A stretch of DNA of 64,000 nt from an uncultured Syntrophomonadaceae bacterium (GCA_964636865.1 CAZWVJ010000007.1:4353-68352), one strand, 5' to 3'. Shown: positions 1 through 9,244, counted from the stretch's first letter. The notes: a model not told the origin generated them from the letters alone. Numbers and translations: made by a program.

Positions 1-207
1 TCTTTTAACTATCCCTTTATGTGCAAACATTTCCAGGGTTTTATAAACCGTATTTAAGCTTATTGAAGGATATAATTTCTTAACTTCATCAAAAATTGCC
101 TCCACGGTTGGGTGTTCTTTGTTAGAACTCAGAACTTTATAAATTAATTCTCTTTGAGGAGTTACCCTTAAATTATGTTTGTGGAATAACTGTCTGTGTT
201 CTTCCAA
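1..207 (-). CDS. Fur/PerR family transcriptional regulator (N-terminal part, runs off window)
   Basis: Hand translation from TTG at 207 (RBS GAAGGGA): LEEHRQLFHKHNLRVTPQRELIYKVLSSNKEHPTVEAIFDEVKKLYPSISLNTVYKTLEMF. Contains the Fur-family T-x-QR, HPT and S-x-x-TVY motifs. Not in the ORF track. Confidence 0.9.
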   Translation of the reverse strand, partial: MEEHRQLFHKHNLRVTPQRELIYKVLSSNKEHPTVEAIFDEVKKLYPSISLNTVYKTLEMFAHKGIVKR

Positions 208-452
208 AAATTATCCCTTCTTCATCAACTGTAATTAAAGAGTTATTTTTATTGTTACTATATTCAATAGGAGCTTTAATAGTTGCTTACTATATCTTAT
301 AAAATATAATGTGCCTGGAAAGCGATTTCATTGATGCAGTTCCTATTAATTTGTTTAATACCATGAGTGTTTCTTATCAATTGTTTAATCAAATACTTAT
401 ATTTTTGCTTGATCAGTTAAGATAAGTAATATTATATACAATGTTACCTTTT

Positions 453-480
453 ATTATAATAACGTGTTTTTACATGTCAA
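453..480 (-). promoter_or_regulatory. sigmaA-type promoter facing the Fur/PerR gene
   Basis: Minus strand TTGACA (480-475), 16 nt spacer, TATAAT (458-453). Confidence 0.65.
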
Positions 481-494
481 TGAAATCGCTTTCA
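481..494. promoter_or_regulatory. LacI-family/cre-like operator (second copy at 317-330)
   Basis: TGAAATCGCTTTCA is a near-palindrome with central CG that fits the cre/LacI pattern TGWAANCGNTNWCA. Confidence 0.5.
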
Positions 495-521
495 AGATAC
501 ATTATAATAAATATTACTAAC

Positions 522-550
522 TAATAATAATTATTACATAATAATTATTA
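522..550. promoter_or_regulatory. Tandem Fur/Per-box-like 7-1-7 palindromes
   Basis: TAATAAT-A-ATTATTA (522-536, perfect) and ACATAAT-A-ATTATTA (536-550). They lie over the spacer and -10 of a minus-strand TTGACA (558-553) promoter upstream of the Fur-family gene. Confidence 0.5.
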
Positions 551-785
551 ACTGTCAAGCAAATTAAGAAGAATAATTATGGTTGTTAACAACCCAGTTT
601 TTTTGATAAGGGGTATCACATAAATACAATAATTAATTAGGCTATCAATTTTAAAACTACAGTAACATAATAATGAAAATGTTTGACAATATATGAGGTT
701 TTAGAAATAATCTTAATTAAGTGATTATTGCTAAGTATTCTGTTCAGGTAAATAGGTTAAATATACTGCAGGAAGGAGAAGGCAA

Positions 786-1859
786 ATGTTTAGAAGTAAA
801 AAAAGTATAATAATTTTAATTGTAGTAGTAGTGTTACTCACAGGTGGTGGATTTTTACTTTTTGGGGAGGAAGAAGAAATTGAAATTCCCCAAACGGTAG
901 AAGCAGTGTTTATAGAGCCCCGCCCCGATATTGAGCTGGAAGATCCTTATGAGGAAGTAGATTGGAATGCATACGGGCAGCATTATGCCAACCTTCATAC
1001 ACATACAAGAAACAGTGATGGTGTATACAGTGTGCCGGGAGCTATTGATGCTTATTATGATAGGGGATATGAAATACTGGCCATAGCGGATCATAATTAT
1101 GTTACCTGGCCGTGGGAGGATTATGACCGCGACCCTGAAGAGCTTGGCATGTTAGCGATTCAGGCTAACGAAATCTCCGATACCCACCATATAGGGAGTT
1201 ATTTTAATGACTTTGATATTGATGGAAGAGAATACAGTGTACTATGGGGAAGTACCGGTGAAAAAGCAGATATTAGCGAAGATGAAGTGCTGTATGAAAT
1301 TGCCGAAAGAGATGGGTTGGCCGTTTTTTTCCATCCCGGGCGTTATGAAAAGCCGGCAGGGTATTATGAGAAGTTTTATAAAAAATATGATCACCTGGTG
1401 GGAATGGAGGTTGTGAACCAGCGGGATCGCTATCCCCAGGATCGGGCAAAATGGGATGATGTTTTGACCATGCTCATGCCCGAACGCCCGGTTTGGGGTT
1501 TTGCCAATGATGATATGCATGCACCATGGGACGTAGGGAACAGTTACAATGTTTTTTTACTGCCGGAGTTAACGCAAGAAAAATTCAGAACTGCAATGAA
1601 AACCGGACAGTTTTATTTTTCCAACGGTGAAGGTTCTCCTACCCTTGATGCTGTTAATGTTGACAATGATGCGGGTACTGTGTCTGTTGATGTTGATGAT
1701 GTTAAGGAAATAATCTGGATCTCCGATGGAATGGTAATAAGCAAGGGAGATACCCTCGAATTCACCAATACGGCCAATATTGGTTCTTATGTGAGGGCGG
1801 AAATTATAGGAGAAGAAGGAATAACCTACACTAATCCTTTTGGTGTTATTGAAGATTAA
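786..1859 (+). CDS. Membrane-anchored/secreted PHP-superfamily metallohydrolase (CehA/McbA-like)
   Basis: N-terminal basic then hydrophobic anchor; PHP motifs LHTHT..SDG, ADHN, HP, E and DDMH. Confidence 0.8.
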   Translation: MFRSKKSIIILIVVVVLLTGGGFLLFGEEEEIEIPQTVEAVFIEPRPDIELEDPYEEVDWNAYGQHYANLHTHTRNSDGVYSVPGAIDAYYDRGYEILAIADHNYVTWPWEDYDRDPEELGMLAIQANEISDTHHIGSYFNDFDIDGREYSVLWGSTGEKADISEDEVLYEIAERDGLAVFFHPGRYEKPAGYYEKFYKKYDHLVGMEVVNQRDRYPQDRAKWDDVLTMLMPERPVWGFANDDMHAPWDVGNSYNVFLLPELTQEKFRTAMKTGQFYFSNGEGSPTLDAVNVDNDAGTVSVDVDDVKEIIWISDGMVISKGDTLEFTNTANIGSYVRAEIIGEEGITYTNPFGVIED

Positions 1860-1934
1860 TGACGGTCTAAGGTTTTAGTTTGTTTGCTAAAAGAAATGAT
1901 CTGGATAGATTGTTAATCTATTCCTTTGTTCTGC

Positions 1935-3269
1935 TTAATCATACTGACTTTCTTCAGATAGTTTTTGCTGCTGGTAAGCCATTACTTCTTTCTCGGGATA
2001 AAACAAGAAAACAATAAAGCCAATAGCGAGTAAAAAGGCTGCTACCGGCCCGGTTAACTGTACGCCTAATGGTTCAGCGGGGGTTTGCCCGAACGTTTGG
2101 AAAAGTGTTCCCATTACTACTGTAGAAAGGCCGAGGGCACCTTTCATGATCAGACCTTGAGTGCCAAAGTACATGGCCTGGCGATGTTGCCCCGTTAGCT
2201 TTTCGTCAAGGTCGGAAATACTTGCTACCAGAGCGTCAGGTACAATAAAAAGGGCAGCAACGGGAAAGCCGGCCAATCCTACCCCAATCAAGGCTACAGT
2301 AAAGTAATCTATGCCCCAGAGGGGCTTTCCCAAAAAATATACTAAAGGAAGAAGGACAATGAGGACGAACATGGAGAGAAGCATGGTAGTTTTTAAGCCC
2401 TTTTTCTTGGCAATGTAATTAATAATGGGAAAGGATATAACGGCTATTACTCCTGCTGCCCCATAAAATAAAGAAGTGGCTGCTTCTCCTTCTTCCAGAA
2501 GTACGGTTACGTAAAATGGAGCTGCCTGTAAGACTATGTTTCCACCGAACCAGAAAGCGATACATCCTACCAAATAGAAAACAAAAGGGCGGTTTTGTAG
2601 AGTTTTTTTAATAGCTTCAATAAGCCCTAAAGTAGCTGGCTTGGATTGGGCATATTCTTTTTCACGAATGCCCATAGGTATATAGAGTAAAACCAGGGCT
2701 AAAATTCCCATAATCCAAGCCATGTTTTGAAAACCGATTTTTTCGATAATAATCCCTGCGCCGATAAGAGCAATTCCTGTGCCCAGCATCCTAAAGATGG
2801 CCTTATAGGTGGCAAGGTTTACCCTTTTGGCTGTAGAGCTTGCCAGTTCCGGCAATAAAGCCAGATAAGGGCATACATAACCGGTAAAGGAAGCAAAGTA
2901 TATACTTATCAAGCAGATCAGGTAAAGGGCATTCCAAGTTGATTGGCCTTCTATAAGGGGATGGAAAAGAGCGATAAAACTTCCGACTAAAATAACGCCG
3001 CTAACGGCCATAAAGGGCATGCGCCGCCCCCACTTGCTGTCAAAATTGTCAGAGAACCTGGCTATAACGGGATCGGCCACTGCGTCAACCAATCTTCCCA
3101 AAAAAATAATTGTGCCCACTATGGCGGGAGGCACCAGTGCTTCTCCACCCAGGGCACCGGTGGTATAAAAATAGAAGATCCAAGCGGTAATAACCTGGTT
3201 GACAAGGAATATTCCTCCCTCTGGAATTCCGTAAATTATTTGCCCCCAAAAAGGTAATTCTTTAGTCAT
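1935..3269 (-). CDS. MFS transporter, glycoside-pentoside-hexuronide (MelB-like) family
   Basis: About 12 hydrophobic segments; DAVADPVIARFSD...WGRRMPF, PYLALLPEL and D-DE..TG..R...YFG motifs. Confidence 0.85.
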   Translation of the reverse strand: MTKELPFWGQIIYGIPEGGIFLVNQVITAWIFYFYTTGALGGEALVPPAIVGTIIFLGRLVDAVADPVIARFSDNFDSKWGRRMPFMAVSGVILVGSFIALFHPLIEGQSTWNALYLICLISIYFASFTGYVCPYLALLPELASSTAKRVNLATYKAIFRMLGTGIALIGAGIIIEKIGFQNMAWIMGILALVLLYIPMGIREKEYAQSKPATLGLIEAIKKTLQNRPFVFYLVGCIAFWFGGNIVLQAAPFYVTVLLEEGEAATSLFYGAAGVIAVISFPIINYIAKKKGLKTTMLLSMFVLIVLLPLVYFLGKPLWGIDYFTVALIGVGLAGFPVAALFIVPDALVASISDLDEKLTGQHRQAMYFGTQGLIMKGALGLSTVVMGTLFQTFGQTPAEPLGVQLTGPVAAFLLAIGFIVFLFYPEKEVMAYQQQKLSEESQYD

Positions 3270-3499
3270 AGATAAGTTTTACCTTTCTTAATTATTAACA
3301 AATGCCTTGATATCAATATATTAAGTAGATGTTAGAAGATATTTATTACTATTATTATGCATTATACCTTATTTAAAGAATATGTTTAAGGGTGATAAAA
3401 AATATTAAATATTTAGAAATTATTATAAAGAATTGTTGATTAACATGAAGGTTGGTTTTTAGAAAAATAAAGTGCTATTATATAGAAGAGAAAGGAGAG

Positions 3500-4384
3500 A
3501 TGATTTTGGAATTAACATTGTCTGAGCTAAGAGATCGTTTTGAAGAAATAAACTATATCTGTGAAGAAGATACTGTTTTAACGGTTTTTTTGGCTTTAAA
3601 ATTGCAGAAGCCTTTGTTAATAGAGGGTGCTCCGGGGGTTGGGAAGACGGAGATGGGAAAAGCCTTGTCCCAGGTTTTTGGAGTGGATCTTATCAGGCTG
3701 CAGTGCTATGAAGGACTGGATGAGAACAAGGCTCTCTATGAATGGAATTACCAGAAACAGTTGCTAAAAATTCAGATGAGCAAGGAAATGGGTAAAGAAG
3801 AAATTAGTGAAAGAGAGTTGTTTTCCAGGGAATACTTACTGGAAAGGCCTCTACTTAAGGCCATAAGTTCATCAGAGAAAAATGTTTTACTCATTGATGA
3901 AGTGGACAAATGTGACCATGAATTTGAAGCTTTTTTGTTTGAGGTTTTATCTGATTTTCAGGTTTCCATCCCCGAACTGGGAACGGTTAAAGCTTTAAAA
4001 GTACCCATGGTGGTATTAACCAGTAATAGTGAGCGGGAGCTATCGGATGGATTGCGCAGACGATGTATTTATCTTTACCTGGACTTTCCTTCTATTGAGA
4101 GGGAAACGCAAATTATAAACAAAAAAATACCGCAGGCAGGGCAAAAACTTTCTAACGAAATTGCCCGGGCAGTAAGTTACCTGCGAGAGAATCAGCATAT
4201 TAAAAAGAAACCCTCCATTGCGGAAACTCTTGATTGGGTCGGGGCATTGGTTTCACTGCACCGGGATCGGTTGGAAGCCACACTGTTAGATGATTTTTTG
4301 GGACTGCTCCTAAAATCAAAAAAAGATCAAGAAATTTTTCGGGAAGAAATCGGCGCAGAAAATTTAATTAATAGTATCCGCTAG
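3500..4384 (+). CDS. MoxR-family AAA+ ATPase, CoxD-like
   Basis: Walker A GAPGVGKT; CoxD-type LIRLQCYEGLD...LYEWNYQKQLL; Walker B LLIDEVDK; LRRRC. Start moved to the ATG at 3500 behind AAGGAG. Confidence 0.9.
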   Translation: MILELTLSELRDRFEEINYICEEDTVLTVFLALKLQKPLLIEGAPGVGKTEMGKALSQVFGVDLIRLQCYEGLDENKALYEWNYQKQLLKIQMSKEMGKEEISERELFSREYLLERPLLKAISSSEKNVLLIDEVDKCDHEFEAFLFEVLSDFQVSIPELGTVKALKVPMVVLTSNSERELSDGLRRRCIYLYLDFPSIERETQIINKKIPQAGQKLSNEIARAVSYLRENQHIKKKPSIAETLDWVGALVSLHRDRLEATLLDDFLGLLLKSKKDQEIFREEIGAENLINSIR

Positions 4385-4500
4385 TGGTTGCTATTACCGC
4401 TAAAACACAGCTGATAGAAGGATTGAAAGGTCATAAAGATTTTTTATAAGCGGGATTAAGTTAATGATTAATTTTGGGTTATAAATAGAACATATATGAG

Positions 4501-5868
4501 GTGTTCGAACTGAAAGGAAGTAACGTTTTAGAAAATCAAAATTTAGAGAATCACATTGCCTATTTTGTTTCTCTGCTGCGAAAACAAGGGGTTCGAGTAG
4601 GAACCGTGGAGTTGATGGAAGCCTTGGAAGGGGTTTCTGTAGCCGGCCTAAAAGATCGTGAGGCTTTTAAAACTGCTTTGCGCGCTACCTTAATCAAAAA
4701 AGCACCTGAGTTTGAGGTTTTTGAGCACACGTTTGAAAAGTATTTTGTGCCTTCTGACGAACAAGAAAAAAACTTGCAGTGGGGCAGAGAGTGTGAAGAA
4801 AAATATAATGAGTGTTTGGAGAAAGCAGACAGTGAACTTACTTTTAAAGGGGAAAAACTAAACCTTGCAGAATCCGAAAAAGTAGTATTTGCTTCCCTTC
4901 CGGAAAAAGAACAAAATAAACTAAAGCAGTTTGTTTCCGAAACAGAACAGGGCAAAAATGTAGAGCCTGAGTTCAAATCTATCCTGGAAACTACGGTGAA
5001 AAGTTCACTGCGATATTGGCGAAACCGACAGGAAAACACTCTCCAGCGCCCGCCGTCAATTACGGGAGATTCAAGCTGGGACTGGATGCTTGCAGGCAGC
5101 AGTGCCGGAGGTACGGGAGGTGGTTCCTCCGGTAATGGAATCAGGGAACTTGATATGAAAAATATTACCGATAAGGATATCCCCGAAGCTGCCGAGTTGA
5201 TCCGCAAAATGACCCGTCGTCTTGTTAATTATCTTTCCCGGAGGTATCGAATGAGTAAAAAGAAAAGAGAACTGGACCTGCGGCGGACTATAAGAGATAA
5301 TATCAGCTATGGAGGTTATATTTATCGTCTTCGTTACCGGGACAGAAAAAAGCAAAAGTTGCGTTTGCTGTTGCTGTGCGATGTTTCAGGTTCTATGATC
5401 CGTTATACGGGTTTTATACTGCCTTTTATTTATGGATTAAACTCGGTAGTCAATGACTTAGAAAGTTTTGTGTTTGCAGAAAACCTTGAGAAAGTTAGTG
5501 ATTCATTGGAAAAAGGTACTTCTTTCGAAGAAACACGGGAGGAGCTACTTAAAAAAAGTAAAGAATGGGGAGGGGGTACCAGATTGGCAGCAGCCCTGGA
5601 AACTTTGATGCAGGAACATGAAGAGTTGCTTACCCCCAAAACCATAGTAATTATAGTCAGTGATACCCGCACTACTTTGCTGGACGAAGCTCTGCGCAGG
5701 ATGGAAAATGTGCATGATCGGGTGAAAGATATAGTTTGGTTGAATACTTTGCCCCCTGAGGAATGGGAAGAACTTAGGTCGGTTTCTTCTTTTCAGAAAT
5801 TAGCCAGAATGTATCCGTGTAACCGGCTTGCTGATTTAGAACATGTTTTGGAAAAGAAGATATTTTAA
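4501..5868 (+). CDS. CoxE-like von Willebrand A domain protein
   Basis: LDLRRTIR, MIDAS CDVSGSM, WGGGTRL and IVWLN motifs; follows a MoxR ATPase. Confidence 0.85.
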   Translation: MFELKGSNVLENQNLENHIAYFVSLLRKQGVRVGTVELMEALEGVSVAGLKDREAFKTALRATLIKKAPEFEVFEHTFEKYFVPSDEQEKNLQWGRECEEKYNECLEKADSELTFKGEKLNLAESEKVVFASLPEKEQNKLKQFVSETEQGKNVEPEFKSILETTVKSSLRYWRNRQENTLQRPPSITGDSSWDWMLAGSSAGGTGGGSSGNGIRELDMKNITDKDIPEAAELIRKMTRRLVNYLSRRYRMSKKKRELDLRRTIRDNISYGGYIYRLRYRDRKKQKLRLLLLCDVSGSMIRYTGFILPFIYGLNSVVNDLESFVFAENLEKVSDSLEKGTSFEETREELLKKSKEWGGGTRLAAALETLMQEHEELLTPKTIVIIVSDTRTTLLDEALRRMENVHDRVKDIVWLNTLPPEEWEELRSVSSFQKLARMYPCNRLADLEHVLEKKIF

Positions 5869-5908
5869 TGATTTAAGATTATATCAAAAAAGAGAGGAGT
5901 TGTTATCA

Positions 5909-6664
5909 GTGACAACAAAAATAGCTGTGGCTGGAAAAGGGGGAACGGGGAAAACTACGCTTTCGGGATTGTTAACCCGTTACCTGGTGAATAATTATCC
6001 CGGTAAATCAATTCTTGCGGTTGATGCGGATGCTAATGCCAATTTTAACGAGGTCCTGGGAGTGGAGATAGAAGATACTGTGAGTGAAATACTGGCAGAG
6101 GTAAAAGATCCCAAGGCAGTGCCTACCGGGATGACAAAAGATATGTTTGTGGAGTATAAATTAGGTTCTTCTATGGTAGAAACTGAAAATTACGATCTTG
6201 TGGTCATGGGTAACCCGCAGGGGCCGGGATGTTATTGTTTTCCACTGGATTTACTGCGTAAGTACATTGAAAAACTGGCCAAGAATTATGACTATATGCT
6301 TACAGATAACGAAGCCGGATTGGAGCATTTAAGTAGGCGCATTATTCCGGCCATGGATCACCTGCTGGTGACCAGCGATGCGACCACGCGTGGGGTGCGT
6401 TCAGCAGGAAGGGTTCGGGAGATAGTAGAAAGTGTGGACATTGATGTAGGGAAAATATCGTTAATTATCACGCAGGGAACTGAGGAACAAGTGGAACAAT
6501 TAAAGGACGAGATTGAACAAACCGGCATAGAGCTTTTGGGGACCATACCTTATGATAACTTGGTTCCGGACTTTGACTCCAAAGGAAAGCCCCTGGTGGA
6601 ATTACCTGCTGATTCGGTGGCTTCTCAGGCGGTGGAAAAATTATGCCGGGAACTTGGCATATAA
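5909..6664 (+). CDS. CooC/AcsF-type nickel-insertion ATPase (CODH/ACS maturation)
   Basis: GKGGTGKT, VDADAN, GPGCYC and DNEAGLEHLSR motifs; GTG start at 5909 behind GAGGAG. Confidence 0.9.
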   Translation: MTTKIAVAGKGGTGKTTLSGLLTRYLVNNYPGKSILAVDADANANFNEVLGVEIEDTVSEILAEVKDPKAVPTGMTKDMFVEYKLGSSMVETENYDLVVMGNPQGPGCYCFPLDLLRKYIEKLAKNYDYMLTDNEAGLEHLSRRIIPAMDHLLVTSDATTRGVRSAGRVREIVESVDIDVGKISLIITQGTEEQVEQLKDEIEQTGIELLGTIPYDNLVPDFDSKGKPLVELPADSVASQAVEKLCRELGI

Positions 6665-6868
6665 GAATATTGTAGGTTATTTTGTTAATTTCAAATGAAT
6701 TAATTGCTTTTGCCTGTGATAGGAAAGGGTAAGGAATTTCCTAATTTGACTGATTTAATTATGATATGTGCCTTCCGATCAGGGATGAAAGATAGATTAG
6801 CTATTAGTAAAAAGGAGCTAATAAAGAAAAACGGGGTAAAAATATTGAAGAGAAAGGAGGAATAGAAA

Positions 6869-7504
6869 ATGTTCACTGATAGGGCAGATGCCGGGAGAAA
6901 GATGTCAGAGAAAATGCTGGAGCATGAGTGGCATAATCCCTTAATTTTGGCTCTTCCCCGCGGTGGAGTGGTGGTGGCTCGCTATATATGGGAAAGTTTG
7001 GGTGGCGAACTTGACCTATATATTACTCGCAAAATAGGTGCTCCAGGGCAGCCGGAACTGGCTGTAGGGGCAGTGTCAGCCGACGGAAACATGGTTTTGG
7101 ACCACAGGTTGGTGGATAGGTTAAATATTCCTTCTGATTATATTGATAAAGAAGCAGAAAAAGAGCGTGCCGAGATAGATAGGCGAATGGAGGTTTACCG
7201 GGGAAATCGTCCTTTGCCGGCATATGAGGGAAGGCAAATTGTATTGGTGGATGACGGAGTGGCTACCGGTTCTACTATGATAGCTGCGATACAAGGATTA
7301 TGGGAGAACAACCCGGAGACTCTTTTAGCAGCGGTGCCTGTGGGTCCGCCGGATACCATACAGCGGCTTTCTGAAGAGGTTGATGAGGTTTTTTGTCTGG
7401 AGGCGCCTTCTAATTTTGGCGCTGTGGGACAATTTTATCAGTTTTTCGGACAGGTGGGGGATGAAGAGGTAATAGATATTTTAAAAGAAGCATGGGGGAG
7501 TTAA
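6869..7504 (+). CDS. Phosphoribosyltransferase family protein
   Basis: F.DR.DAGR, LPRGGV and PRPP loop LVDDGVATGST. Confidence 0.85.
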   Translation: MFTDRADAGRKMSEKMLEHEWHNPLILALPRGGVVVARYIWESLGGELDLYITRKIGAPGQPELAVGAVSADGNMVLDHRLVDRLNIPSDYIDKEAEKERAEIDRRMEVYRGNRPLPAYEGRQIVLVDDGVATGSTMIAAIQGLWENNPETLLAAVPVGPPDTIQRLSEEVDEVFCLEAPSNFGAVGQFYQFFGQVGDEEVIDILKEAWGS

Positions 7505-7507
7505 TTT

Positions 7508-7975
7508 ATGGAAGCTCAAAATTTAGATATAAAAAAAATAATGGAATTACTGCCGCACCGCTATCCTTTTCTGCTGGTAGATCGGGTTTTGGAAGTAGTT
7601 CCCGGTGAAAAGGCAGTGGGTCTAAAAAACGTGACTATGAATGAACCTTTTTTTCAAGGACACTTTCCCGGAGAACCATTAATGCCGGGTGTTTTGCAGA
7701 TAGAAGCTCTGGCGCAAGTAGGAGCCCTGGCGGTATTAACAATGCCTGAATATAAGGATAATTTGTTACTATTTGCCGGAGTTGAAAAATTTCGCTTTAA
7801 AAAATTGGTACAACCCGGGGACCAATTGATCATGGAAATGGAAGTGGAAGTTAGCAATATCCGCAGGAGTGTTGGAAAAGGAAAAGGCAGTATAAAGATT
7901 GAGGATAAGGTAGTTACTTCCGGAGAATTATTGTTTTCTGTTGTGCCAAAAGAGGATTATAACGCCGGTGAATGA
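7508..7975 (+). CDS. fabZ: 3-hydroxyacyl-ACP dehydratase
   Basis: [12 protein letters not shown] and [23 protein letters not shown]. Confidence 0.95.
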   Translation: MEAQNLDIKKIMELLPHRYPFLLVDRVLEVVPGEKAVGLKNVTMNEPFFQGHFPGEPLMPGVLQIEALAQVGALAVLTMPEYKDNLLLFAGVEKFRFKKLVQPGDQLIMEMEVEVSNIRRSVGKGKGSIKIEDKVVTSGELLFSVVPKEDYNAGE

Positions 7976-8048
7976 TTTGAAGTTCTATTCATCTAAAATT
8001 GGATGCTAAACGTAGATGGAATAAAAAAAATTTAAGATAGGAGAGAAA

Positions 8049-8777
8049 ATGCCGGTTTCTTGGACGGATAGTTTTTTGGATTTTTTCTTTCCGCCGGTTT
8101 GCTTAATTTGTGAAACTCGGATAGTTACCGGCATTAATGAGAAAAATACTTTTTGTTCTCGTTGTGCCACGCAGGTATTGCCAGTAGGGTGGTTTTGTCT
8201 GCGGTGTAAAAGTACCGGAGTAAAGAAGCTTCCCTGTGCTTGTTTATTAAGAGAGCAAATGGGATTAGCGAGACTTTACGGAGCAGCCTGGTATGAAGGT
8301 AAATGGCGGGCAACGCTGCATCGTTTTAAATACTATTCTCAACCGCAGATGGCTCGAAATATTGGTAGTTTTCTGGGAGAATTAATTTCGCATAATTCAT
8401 ATTGGCCTCTTCCTAATGTAGTGACTGCTATTCCTCTTCACGGGTTAAAATTAAGAGAAAGAGGTTATAACCAATCGGCATTGCTGGCTCGAAAAGTGGC
8501 TAAAGAATTGAAGGTTCCTTTTAAGCCATTATTATGCCGGGTTAAAAATAATGTTTCCCAGACTTCCCTTTCTTTCCGGGAAAGGAGAAATAATATAGAT
8601 GGTGTCTTTATGGCTTTACCCAATTCGCGCCAACAAATTTCGGGAAAGAGTATTTTACTTGTTGACGATATTTTTACAACCGGTGCCACTATGGAAGAAG
8701 CAGCAAAAACTCTTTTAAGCGGCGGAGCCCGGGAAGTAAATGGGGCAGTGGCGGCAATTCAGAGGAAAATAATTTAG
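8049..8777 (+). CDS. ComF family amidophosphoribosyltransferase-like competence protein
   Basis: N-terminal CxxC zinc motifs, ERGYNQS and LLVDDIFTTGATM; usual position upstream of hpf-secA. Confidence 0.9.
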   Translation: MPVSWTDSFLDFFFPPVCLICETRIVTGINEKNTFCSRCATQVLPVGWFCLRCKSTGVKKLPCACLLREQMGLARLYGAAWYEGKWRATLHRFKYYSQPQMARNIGSFLGELISHNSYWPLPNVVTAIPLHGLKLRERGYNQSALLARKVAKELKVPFKPLLCRVKNNVSQTSLSFRERRNNIDGVFMALPNSRQQISGKSILLVDDIFTTGATMEEAAKTLLSGGAREVNGAVAAIQRKII

Positions 8778-8861
8778 CAATTTAACCCTTTTTTACATAC
8801 AAATACTCTGGAATAGGCGGAACGGTAGCTTGGGAAAAAATAAAAAAATGTGTAGTTTTGT

Positions 8862-8890
8862 TTGACAGCATAACAAGATTATGGTAGCTT
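8862..8890 (+). promoter_or_regulatory. sigmaA promoter of csp
   Basis: TTGACA-17 nt-TAGCTT with extended -10 TG. Confidence 0.55.
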
Positions 8891-8953
8891 AATTTTTGTG
8901 AGGTTAATTTTTAACTTCTCACGGATCTTTTTATTAATAGGAGGAATTATTTA

Positions 8954-9151
8954 ATGATCGGTAAAGTTAAGTGGTTTAGCAAGGAAAAAGGGTATGGGTT
9001 TATTGAAAGGGAAGAAGGAAGTGATGTGTTTGTGCATTATTCAGCTATCCAAGAAGAGGGATTTAAAAGCTTGGCTGAGGGTCAGGAAGTAGAATTTGAT
9101 GTAGTGGAAGGAGATCGCGGTCCTCAAGCCGCTAATGTGGTGAAGTTATAG
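8954..9151 (+). CDS. Cold-shock protein
   Basis: GKVKWF..EKGYGFI (RNP1) and DVFVHYSAI (RNP2). Confidence 0.97.
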   Translation: MIGKVKWFSKEKGYGFIEREEGSDVFVHYSAIQEEGFKSLAEGQEVEFDVVEGDRGPQAANVVKL

Positions 9152-9188
9152 GTCCGTGAGAGAAATATAATCCGGATAAAGAATTGCT

Positions 9189-9219
9189 AAATAGTCCCGT
9201 TATTATGCGGGACTATTTT
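9189..9219 (+). terminator. Intrinsic terminator after csp
   Basis: AAATAGTCCCG-loop-CGGGACTATTTT. Confidence 0.8.
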
Positions 9220-9244
9220 ATGTTATAATTGGGTAAAATTATAA

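Larger units (their letters stand above)
305..506. repeat. 30-bp imperfect inverted repeat pair (305-334 and 477-506) with a perfect 17-bp core
   Basis: TATAATGTGCCTGGAAAGCGATTTCATTGA (305-334) versus the reverse complement of 477-506, TATAATGTATCTTGAAAGCGATTTCATTGA: 27/30 identical. Confidence 0.9.

Noticed and set aside
4486-4510. GAAC...GTTC resembling a LexA box before the VWA gene
   Set aside because: The spacer is 11 nt rather than 4.
4560-5207. Long antisense ORFs (e.g. 4560-5207, 24118-24762, 47886-48527 and many in the acs cluster)
   Set aside because: They lie fully opposite well-supported genes, are Ser-rich as expected for reverse-complemented Glu/Lys codons, and have no recognisable motifs.
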